Source: a virus
Lineage: Duplodnaviria > Caudoviricetes
Length of the DNA stretch: 57,216 nt
Strand: one strand, 5' to 3'
IMG/VR virus record: IMGVR_UViG_3300035182_001074
Span: 1 to 57,216 of that record
Part shown: positions 36,561-43,894 of the stretch, piece by piece
How the letters are laid out: each line of letters starts with the position of its first letter
Position numbering within the stretch: the stretch's first letter is position 1
Made by a program: the position numbers and the translations under genes
The notes under the pieces: generated by a model
Seen by the model: only the letters and a program-made list of their open reading frames with translations
Told to the model about the DNA's origin: nothing
Database searches by the model: none

Positions 36561-37355
36561 CTAGCTGAGCAGGCCAAGCAGTGAGTGGCGCAGCTTGACG
36601 CTCAGGTCCATATTGTTCACGATCGTCTCAACTTTATTGCTATCCAGTTCTGTCTCAGTGTCATGGATAATGGACTTGACTGCCTCAGTAAAGTTCACCC
36701 CAGTAGTCAGATCAAGGTTATTCAGCGCATCAGCTACTAAGTCAGTGAAGTCGTAGTCATCCAGTCTATTTTCAACTACCTCGTGGATCGCCTCCTGGAT
36801 CTCCTCCTGGCCGTCCTCTATCTGATTTTTAACCTCGTTGTGGATCAACTTCTGAATTGAATCCTGGTTGTCCTCTATCTGACTTTCAATCTCGTCGTGG
36901 ATCCATTCCCTGATTGATCCCTTGCCGACCATGTCACTGAGAACAACGTCAGAACGGATGCCATCCATCTGTTCAACAAGAGTTTCGATTCGCGCAGTGG
37001 TGTCCATCTCAAGCTGGGCAACTCGCTTGCGAAGAGTGTCAATGCTTTGAATCAGCTCAGCCACCACTTCATTCGTCAGCAGAGTGCCTTCTTGTTCAGG
37101 CTCTTCACTGAAGGGAGCCTCTGCGGCGATGGCCCGCAGCGCAGCATTGGGAGCAGAGATGATAGGCGCATCAAGTTTGCGCTGCTGGACGTTCGCCAAT
37201 TCATCGAACGTCAGCGAGCACATGCGCTCAGCCAGCTTAATCCCATTGTGGTAAATTGCACCAGAGTTGTCAACTGTGGCTCCTAGCAGCAAAGCCACAG
37301 CTTCCATGTTCAGGCTGAACAGGTCGATGGTGCTGTTATTGTTTGTGCGCGTCAT
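36561..37355 (-). CDS. Acidic helical-repeat hypothetical early protein
   Basis: AAGGAG RBS; three I..IH.EV..QIED-type repeats; lies between hammerheads 2 and 1. Confidence 0.75.
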   Translation of the reverse strand: MTRTNNNSTIDLFSLNMEAVALLLGATVDNSGAIYHNGIKLAERMCSLTFDELANVQQRKLDAPIISAPNAALRAIAAEAPFSEEPEQEGTLLTNEVVAELIQSIDTLRKRVAQLEMDTTARIETLVEQMDGIRSDVVLSDMVGKGSIREWIHDEIESQIEDNQDSIQKLIHNEVKNQIEDGQEEIQEAIHEVVENRLDDYDFTDLVADALNNLDLTTGVNFTEAVKSIIHDTETELDSNKVETIVNNMDLSVKLRHSLLGLLS

Positions 37356-37380
37356 GGCACACTCCTTTTCTTCAATTGAG

Positions 37381-37451
37381 CGATCTGGCTCATCAGCAGT
37401 AGCGGATCATTGCTACTGGACGGTGCGGCAAGCTCGCCGCACCGTTTCGCC
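37381..37451 (-). ncRNA. Type II hammerhead ribozyme 2
   Basis: GGC-GAAAC-GGUGCGGC/GCCGCACC-GUC-CAGUAGC/GCUACUG-CUGAUGA-GCC. Confidence 0.93.
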
Positions 37452-37481
37452 TCATGCAGTGATCTTCGGAACAGCTTGCAA

Positions 37482-37718
37482 TTATTTCCCCACTGTCGTA
37501 GGCCGCATTGCCATGCTCATGCGGTCGAATGCCTGGTCAATGTGTTCAACAGCAGAAGTGATGTGGTGCTTTTCGCCGCGCAGCTTCACGCTGGCCAGTT
37601 CAATTTTCAACCGCAGCAGCGTTGCTTGAACCTTCTTTAGCTTCTCAATTGTGCGTTCACGCTCAGTCATTTGGTCCCCTGAAGTGGGAAGGGCTGTGGG
37701 CTGGATCGTTGCGCTCAT
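37482..37718 (-). CDS. Small helical hypothetical early protein
   Basis: AAGGAG RBS; lies between hammerheads 3 and 2. Confidence 0.7.
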   Translation of the reverse strand: MSATIQPTALPTSGDQMTERERTIEKLKKVQATLLRLKIELASVKLRGEKHHITSAVEHIDQAFDRMSMAMRPTTVGK

Positions 37719-37739
37719 GGCGCGTCTCCTTTTGTTGAG

Positions 37740-37809
37740 CAACCTGGCTCATCAGCAGCGTGAGGTCATCCACGCTGGACTGCTCGCGAAGATGCGAGCA
37801 GTTTCGCCA
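37740..37809 (-). ncRNA. Type II hammerhead ribozyme 3
   Basis: UGGC-GAAAC-UGCUCGC/GCGAGCA-GUC-CAGCGUG/CACGCUG-CUGAUGA-GCCA. Confidence 0.93.
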
Positions 37810-37811
37810 TC

Positions 37812-38195
37812 CAATGAGAACGAAGAGAGTCTCAGGCTTCCTGCGTCGGTCTCCAGTTTGGGTCTCTTTCGTCTGTGCTTTCCGCTAGGTGTCATCACGA
37901 CAAGGGATTTAAGCAGCCTCACACAGCATCCAGTTCTACAAAACTGTTCTCGTTCTCATCCGTTATCTGTGTGATCAGGAACACCAGTCACAACAGGAGA
38001 GAGCTGCAACGCCACACCAGGACCATCAGCGCCAGCTCATCTCGCATTTTCAAATCACAGGTTCATCATCTCTCTGCTCAGCAGCACCCGTTGGGATGAA
38101 CAACACCCACTCAAGTCCTAGCTATCAGATCAACTTCCGCCTGCTCACTTCGGCTCCCCCAACCAGCCGCACGCCCTCAGCCTCAACTGAGTGAC
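37812..38195 (-). ncRNA. Candidate structured non-coding leader RNA
   Basis: No credible - strand ORF; many hairpins and a long-range stem AUGAGAACGA/UCGUUCUCAU. Confidence 0.4.
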
Positions 38196-38202
38196 CATCG
38201 TA

Positions 38203-38240
38203 ATTATCTCGCCATTTAGGCCACTTTGGTTAATTTTTTT
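38203..38240 (-). promoter_or_regulatory. Putative promoter (A-tract, TTAACC-N19-GATAAT)
   Basis: Same architecture at 47109-47148 and 53867-53906; sits at the head of the ribozyme operon. Confidence 0.55.
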
Positions 38241-38263
38241 CCGCACAGAAAACTGCTGAAAAT

Positions 38264-38423
38264 AAACGACTTATTGATTCAACAGCTGCCCACAATATAA
38301 GCACTTTTATGGGCATTTGCTTCTAACTGCCTAGATACAAACGACTTACTGATCCAGCAGATGCCCATAATATAAGCACATTTATGGGCATCTGCTTCTA
38401 GCTACCTGGATACAAACGACTTA
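38264..38423. repeat. 75-bp tandem duplication (two copies plus a 10-bp third) with internal inverted repeat
   Basis: AAACGACTTA at 38264, 38339 and 38414; GCAGATGCCCATAA/TTATGGGCATCTGC at 38357-38395. Confidence 0.85.
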
Positions 38424-41282
38424 CGCATCACGCTTGGAATACTGCTCCAAAGCCCCGACCCCGCTGAGCTTTCGCCAGGCAGTTATGCGCACCTGCCTGA
38501 AGCCAGCTTTCACTTTGCCCTTGAAGATGAACCAATCGTTCATGCGCCCATGCTCAATCAGCGGCAAACCAAGCTTGTTGTAGTCGTGCCGATCAACCAT
38601 GCACGCAATCTGATCTGTGTCGTCTTCTGCTGTGAACAGCACCATCAGGCTCGGTCCCTTGATGATGCTGCCATTGCGCTTCTTCACGTGCGTTGGATCA
38701 TTGAGATCGCGAAGATCCTTCTCGATGATCTTAGCAATGAAACAGCATTCTACTTCTCCATCCTCACTCTGCACATCCTCAACATTTTTCAGCTTTGATC
38801 TGATGCCATAGCGCCCCGGCTCTCGCTTTAGGTGGCCCCATCTCTCTTCACACTCAAAGATGTGGTCGTATGGGGTTGAGCCATTGGCGAGTTTGTTCTG
38901 CTGGCCTGCTGTCAATTCAATGCCTCGTGACCTGCGTAAGAGGATCTCGCTGGCCATCTTCTCGCCAATGCCCTTGATGTTTGTCAGTCCGCCAATCAGT
39001 TGCCCTTCTTGCACTGACCAGGTCTTCTGGGAAAGAAAAGGATCGTATGGCTTGAAGACATAGCCTTCCTTATGAAGCTCCCGCAGGAGCCGGATGGACT
39101 GCTCCTCGTCTTTGGCATTGCGAAGGCAAGCAGCACCAAACTCCAAGGGGAACTTCGCCTTCATTACCATGCACCAATAGCTGACCATTGCGTATGCAAC
39201 TGCGTGGCTTCGGTTGAATGACCACGAACCCATGGTGTTGATCTGGTTCCAGACTCGCAGAGCATCATCCTCATTGATTCCCTGCTCAATTGCGCCAGTG
39301 CGAAAACGGAACCAATACTGATCAAAGAATTCTTTCCCCAAGGATTTTGACATTGCTTTGCGCAGACTTGTCACATCTGCCCAGCTCAACTTACCCATGT
39401 CACGCGCAATCTGGATCACCTGCTCCTGGTAGATCACGATGCCATAGGTAACCCTGGTGATGTGAGCGATCATCGGATGCAATGGGGTCGCTGGGTGTTC
39501 CCCGGTTCTCCTTCTGATATACTCTGTGGTGCCTCCTGAATGCAACGGACCAGGCCGTGCTAGGGCTGTCATTGCTGCGATATCTTCAAAGTTCTCCACT
39601 GCGAACTGGTTGACCAAGGACTGAAGTGCATGGCCTTCAAACTGGAAAATGCCTGCGAACTTCCTGTCGTTTAGGATGTTGAACGCAGACGCATCATCAG
39701 TTCTGTAATCAATCAGCTGCTCGCGAGTCCATCCAACCTGGTCAAGACAATCCTGAAGAACAGATAGTGTCCGCAGGCCAAGCGCATCAATCTTCAGAAG
39801 GTTCAATCGTTCTGCATCAACCTTGTCAATCTGAGCAGCACCCTTCTGGTTGTCAACTGAACAGTAATAGCTGATTGGCTCTGCAGTCACGATGATGCCA
39901 GCAGCATGCTGACCATGCCCTGATGCGTGCCCTTCAATGTCGCTTGCTGTGATCATCTGCGGATATTTTCGCAGCACTGCTCGGCCAATCTCAAGCTCAC
40001 TGAAGGTGTCAGCAATGCAAAAGCCTGCGCGAGAATCTCCACCACTTCGTTCAATGATTGAGTTTTTCAAGTCTGTGACTTCCCACAAGGGAACGTTCAA
40101 TGCCTTAGCGATGGTGTCGATGGCGCTCTTGGCTTTGTAACGCATAACAGTTCCCAGCCGGGCGACCTTCTCCTGACCATATTTCCTGTATAAATATTCG
40201 AACACCAGGTCGCGACGATCGTCGGGGAAGTCAATGTCAATATCAGGATAGTCAAAACGATTGACGTCAATGAATCGTTCAAAGAGCAGTCCGTAAGGAA
40301 TCGGGTCAATCTCTGTGATGCGCAGCAGGTAGCACACAAGCGAGCCACAGGACGAGCCACGCGCAGGACCAACCAGCATTTCACTTTTTGCATATTGAAC
40401 CAGATCCCACACGAGGTAGAAGTAGTCCTCAAATCCTTTGTCGTGGATCAGTTCCAGTTCCCGATCTAGCCTCGCTGCATAAACTGGATCTTTCAAGTCA
40501 ACCTTGCGCTGTGGAGCGGCCTGCTCACACAGCGCACGCAGAGTCGGTAATGATGGATCTGCCTTGACCATCGTGCCGATTGGCAGGTCTGCGTTGCACA
40601 TTTCCGCAATCTCAGCTGCGGTGCGCAATGCTTCCTCCTGTCCAGGCCAACACAGTTTCCATTCGGTGCTGCTCAGCAGATGCATAGGCGAAGTTCTCAT
40701 CAGCTTTTCATGGCCAGTCAGAGCTTCATACACTGCCTTATCGGTGATGCGCGGATAATAATTATCTGAGGTTGCAACTGTCTTGAACCCACGCATGCTG
40801 GCGAATTCTGGTGCCTTCATCTGCGAAGCTGGGCTTAGCTCAACGTATATATTTTTTCGCTTTGGTAAATTGCCCCACACAGGATGCGAGCCAGACAGAA
40901 CAATGACGCTGTCGCTGATATCAAGAAGTGTCGTGTAGTCAATGCGAGGGGTGTAGTAGAAGTTCTCTTTCTTGGTGCTGAGCCCAACAAGCTCATAGAT
41001 CTCACGCAGCCCTTTGTTGTCTTTGGCCAAGAACACCATCATGTTCATGCCCTGTTTGGTGCGAGCAGTCATGTCATTGACTACTGCTAGCTCAACCCCG
41101 AAAATCGGCTTGCGCTTGGCTGCTTTGCATTTGTCATTCCACTCAACATGGCCAAATGTATTGTAGCGATCTGTTATGGCGACAGGCCCTTCTGTTGCTG
41201 CCAGCACCTTGTCAACAGGACCGAATGCCTCTCTAAACGAATACTCAGTCCTACATCGAAGGTGGATCATCGCAATCTCCAT
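38421..41282 (-). CDS. dnaE: DNA polymerase III alpha subunit-like (family C)
   Basis: PHP-like N-terminus, GPARGSS.GSLV.YLL.IT, PDIDIDF, HAAG, KID.LGL, YQEQ and FN.SHA.AY. Confidence 0.95.
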   Translation of the reverse strand: MEIAMIHLRCRTEYSFREAFGPVDKVLAATEGPVAITDRYNTFGHVEWNDKCKAAKRKPIFGVELAVVNDMTARTKQGMNMMVFLAKDNKGLREIYELVGLSTKKENFYYTPRIDYTTLLDISDSVIVLSGSHPVWGNLPKRKNIYVELSPASQMKAPEFASMRGFKTVATSDNYYPRITDKAVYEALTGHEKLMRTSPMHLLSSTEWKLCWPGQEEALRTAAEIAEMCNADLPIGTMVKADPSLPTLRALCEQAAPQRKVDLKDPVYAARLDRELELIHDKGFEDYFYLVWDLVQYAKSEMLVGPARGSSCGSLVCYLLRITEIDPIPYGLLFERFIDVNRFDYPDIDIDFPDDRRDLVFEYLYRKYGQEKVARLGTVMRYKAKSAIDTIAKALNVPLWEVTDLKNSIIERSGGDSRAGFCIADTFSELEIGRAVLRKYPQMITASDIEGHASGHGQHAAGIIVTAEPISYYCSVDNQKGAAQIDKVDAERLNLLKIDALGLRTLSVLQDCLDQVGWTREQLIDYRTDDASAFNILNDRKFAGIFQFEGHALQSLVNQFAVENFEDIAAMTALARPGPLHSGGTTEYIRRRTGEHPATPLHPMIAHITRVTYGIVIYQEQVIQIARDMGKLSWADVTSLRKAMSKSLGKEFFDQYWFRFRTGAIEQGINEDDALRVWNQINTMGSWSFNRSHAVAYAMVSYWCMVMKAKFPLEFGAACLRNAKDEEQSIRLLRELHKEGYVFKPYDPFLSQKTWSVQEGQLIGGLTNIKGIGEKMASEILLRRSRGIELTAGQQNKLANGSTPYDHIFECEERWGHLKREPGRYGIRSKLKNVEDVQSEDGEVECCFIAKIIEKDLRDLNDPTHVKKRNGSIIKGPSLMVLFTAEDDTDQIACMVDRHDYNKLGLPLIEHGRMNDWFIFKGKVKAGFRQVRITAWRKLSGVGALEQYSKRDA

Positions 41283-41423
41283 TCCACAGTTTCAATCTTA
41301 TCACACAGATGGATTCGGATGATGTATTTCGCCCACAGATAATACCAGCTTGGTGTGCGTCCTTCAAACATGCGCCCTGAAGCTACCTCCTGAACGAAAT
41401 CATACAGCTGAGAAGGCATCATT
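41267..41423 (-). CDS. Small hypothetical protein
   Basis: Short ORF bridging the exonuclease and dnaE; start uncertain. Confidence 0.35.
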
Positions 41424-41556
41424 GGCACACCATCCTCTTTGTGAGCAGAGGACAATCCTCCACCAGAGGACAGCCGGGGCCACCCTCTGCAGAGATGCCA
41501 TCATGGCGATCTGCGATCAAGGAAACGGTCCTCATTTCTTGCTCCTTTGTCGTTAG

Positions 41557-42105
41557 TTACATCATAGATTCTGCGCGTAGCCATCTAACACAGCGCACCA
41601 GAGCCTCTGTGTCAGCCATCGCCCGATGCGCATCCTTGAAGTCTTCTCCTGTGCAATGCAGATGCAAGTCGCTAAGTCGCATGCGCTTGTTGTTGATCCC
41701 AAAACTTGCCTCAACGGTGCACACCTGCTTTGGTGGCCAAGGAAAGGCAAACTCCTTACCGATGCGAATCAGTTCAAGCTTGAGCAGCGTCTTATCAAAG
41801 TCCAGATTGTGCGCAACCATCATCTGCTCCCCGAGGAAGAAGTCACACAGATCATGATAGTGCGAGGCGAAAGGCTCCTGATCCTTCAGCATTTCATCCG
41901 TAATGCTCGTGATCTTGATGATCTCTTCTGGGAGAGCACAGCCGGGATTGCACATGAAGGTAAGGCGCTCAATTTCCTCCAGCGTGATGTCATCCAGCTT
42001 CACTCCGGCGAATTCAATGATCTGTGGCTGCTCTTCAATGCGGACTAGGCTTGGCAGGATCAGGCCTGTTGTCTCAGTATCGAAGATGATCATAGGTTCG
42101 ACCAC
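41557..42105 (-). CDS. DEDDh 3'-5' exonuclease (Pol III epsilon-like)
   Basis: FDTETTG, AHN..FD and HRA.AD. Confidence 0.92.
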   Translation of the reverse strand: MVEPMIIFDTETTGLILPSLVRIEEQPQIIEFAGVKLDDITLEEIERLTFMCNPGCALPEEIIKITSITDEMLKDQEPFASHYHDLCDFFLGEQMMVAHNLDFDKTLLKLELIRIGKEFAFPWPPKQVCTVEASFGINNKRMRLSDLHLHCTGEDFKDAHRAMADTEALVRCVRWLRAESMM

Positions 42106-42449
42106 ATGTCGTCTGCTTGTTTCTGACGCTGTAGCTGTGCCTCTCGGTCAAGAGACTCCAGCATAGATGCATAGACAATGAGGTCGTGCTGGCTGTCAAT
42201 GTGTCCGACCTCAAAGTTTGCTGCATAGCGCGCAATTTTGACTACCTCCATGTGGAAACAGCCATATCGGTTCCAGTCCTCGGGGCTGTTGATGGTTAGG
42301 CCATTCGGGAACAAGGCCATCATGATGTGGCCAAATCGCTTGTATGCCTCTCCGCTGTTTCCACCATACTGCTTGCCGCGCTGCGCGAAGGTTTGCATTG
42401 CATCCTGCAAGCAGATCTGCGGTCCAGAGATTGTGCTGCGATCATCCAT
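42090..42449 (-). CDS. All-alpha nucleotide-modification-associated protein (DUF6378/Nmad-like)
   Basis: RGKQYG...K.ARY...H.DS..DL.VY..ML pattern; AGGAG RBS. Confidence 0.6.
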   Translation of the reverse strand: MDDRSTISGPQICLQDAMQTFAQRGKQYGGNSGEAYKRFGHIMMALFPNGLTINSPEDWNRYGCFHMEVVKIARYAANFEVGHIDSQHDLIVYASMLESLDREAQLQRQKQADDMWSNL

Positions 42450-42910
42450 CAGTAGTCTCCTTTCTGAACTTGAAAGCAAGTCAAGCCTTCTTTGCGCCAC
42501 ATGTCAACCACAGCATCCCGATCCTCGAACACCCCAACGACATCAAACAGTGGGTAGATCTGCTCGTGATAGATCTCACGTTTGATGATGTGATCAGATC
42601 GATAATCGCCATCCTTGCGCATCAAAAGGCGACGGAATGGGACTCTGTGCTTGATCAACCATTGGATGGTGGCTTCCTGGTAGCGAGAGGACCTCCCAGT
42701 CACCAGGATAATTGGATACCCATCCGCGTTTAAGGCATCGACCACACGAAGAACGTCTGTCTTTGGCTCATCAAGGTTCAGCATTGAATTGAACACTTCC
42801 CAGTTCTTTGTGCCGTGTGGATTGCTGATGTGTATGATGCGATGTCCGCAGTCGGCTATGGTCCCATCAATATCAACGATGTAACACTTAGTCTTGCCGA
42901 CCGCATTCAT
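42449..42910 (-). CDS. HAD-family phosphatase (PNKP 3'-phosphatase-like)
   Basis: DIDGT, VTGR, MR..GD.RSD...K and FEDR. Confidence 0.9.
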   Translation of the reverse strand: MNAVGKTKCYIVDIDGTIADCGHRIIHISNPHGTKNWEVFNSMLNLDEPKTDVLRVVDALNADGYPIILVTGRSSRYQEATIQWLIKHRVPFRRLLMRKDGDYRSDHIIKREIYHEQIYPLFDVVGVFEDRDAVVDMWRKEGLTCFQVQKGDY

Positions 42911-43758
42911 TTGGCCTCCTTGGGAGCATCCATCCCGGTTGGCTGGGCTTCTGCGCGAGTGACTTCCCACAGCTTCTGAATTTCTTCTTTGGTCAGGATG
43001 GCATCGGGGATCTCAAATGGTTCGCCACCCCGACCTTCAACCTTGTGGCATCTGTTGTCATAACGCCGACCAGTGTCAGGGTTGAACACCCCACCCTTGA
43101 TCGGGCAGTCCATGTAGTTGGGAAAGCAGCATGTGCCATTTGTTGCGCAGAACACTCGCAGCATCGGCTCAGTCCACGGCAGCTCCTGGACCACAACACG
43201 GCGAATCTCACGCATCACATTCTGGAACTCTCCTTGTGCTTTCACACACAGACGTTCCCCACACATGTGATGTAGTGTTCGCAGATTTGCTTTGAAGACG
43301 ATATTGGTGCACACATTAGTCGGCAGAACACCACGTGCATCTTGAGCATTGGCACCAGCTTCAATGAGTGCGGAATAGCCGGAGTTGATCTCATGCATCG
43401 TGTTGTCGTAGATCTCTTTGAGCTCCTCGTCTGCGAGGATGCCACCTGTGGTTACGTATTCAAAATCAGCCATGTTCACAGCTCGTTGGGTCTGCTGTGC
43501 GAAGGCAGTCCCAACGCGATGCCTTACTAACTGGTGAGTGAAGGCTCGTGTGACTCCTTCGATGTAGAAGATGAAGTCAATCATCTCCCACGAGGACTTG
43601 ATCGTCCCTAGCATGTAGCGGAGCTCGTCCTTTTTCTTGTCGTCGGTCCAGCTTTCCACGACATCAAGACCATTTGCGCTCATCATGAGCCTGGTCCCTT
43701 TCGTGAATAGCAGCGTCTCAAGGGCACGTGGTGTGTGGTTGATAAGGGTGATTTTCAT
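42907..43758 (-). CDS. thyX: Flavin-dependent thymidylate synthase-like protein (atypical ThyX)
   Basis: RAFTHQLVRHR, DARGVLP and R.C..AQ.E; Thr at the position of the usual motif Ser. Confidence 0.8.
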   Translation of the reverse strand: MKITLINHTPRALETLLFTKGTRLMMSANGLDVVESWTDDKKKDELRYMLGTIKSSWEMIDFIFYIEGVTRAFTHQLVRHRVGTAFAQQTQRAVNMADFEYVTTGGILADEELKEIYDNTMHEINSGYSALIEAGANAQDARGVLPTNVCTNIVFKANLRTLHHMCGERLCVKAQGEFQNVMREIRRVVVQELPWTEPMLRVFCATNGTCCFPNYMDCPIKGGVFNPDTGRRYDNRCHKVEGRGGEPFEIPDAILTKEEIQKLWEVTRAEAQPTGMDAPKEAK

Positions 43759-43892
43759 TTTGTGATCTCCTTTGTGATGACATATAGGGACACTGCCACC
43801 CCAAGAATTATTATGGACCACGAGACAATGACATCAATGATGTCATCACCCGTCATATCTTTGTCCAGGAAGAGCATGTGTCGCAGAGAAGA
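43755..43892 (-). CDS. Small membrane peptide
   Basis: GGAGG RBS; one TM helix; overlaps the thyX start. Confidence 0.5.
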   Translation of the reverse strand, partial: SSLRHMLFLDKDMTGDDIIDVIVSWSIIILGVAVSLYVITKEITK

Positions 43893-43894
43893 CA

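Noticed and set aside
38264-38423. Mini CRISPR array
   Set aside because: The segments between the 10-bp boxes are copies of each other, not unique spacers; the repeat is too short; no cas genes.
38421-41282. Intein or intron in dnaE (also checked terL and the helicases)
   Set aside because: Motifs are contiguous, lengths are compact, and no C...HN-C/S/T splice signature or LAGLIDADG block was seen.
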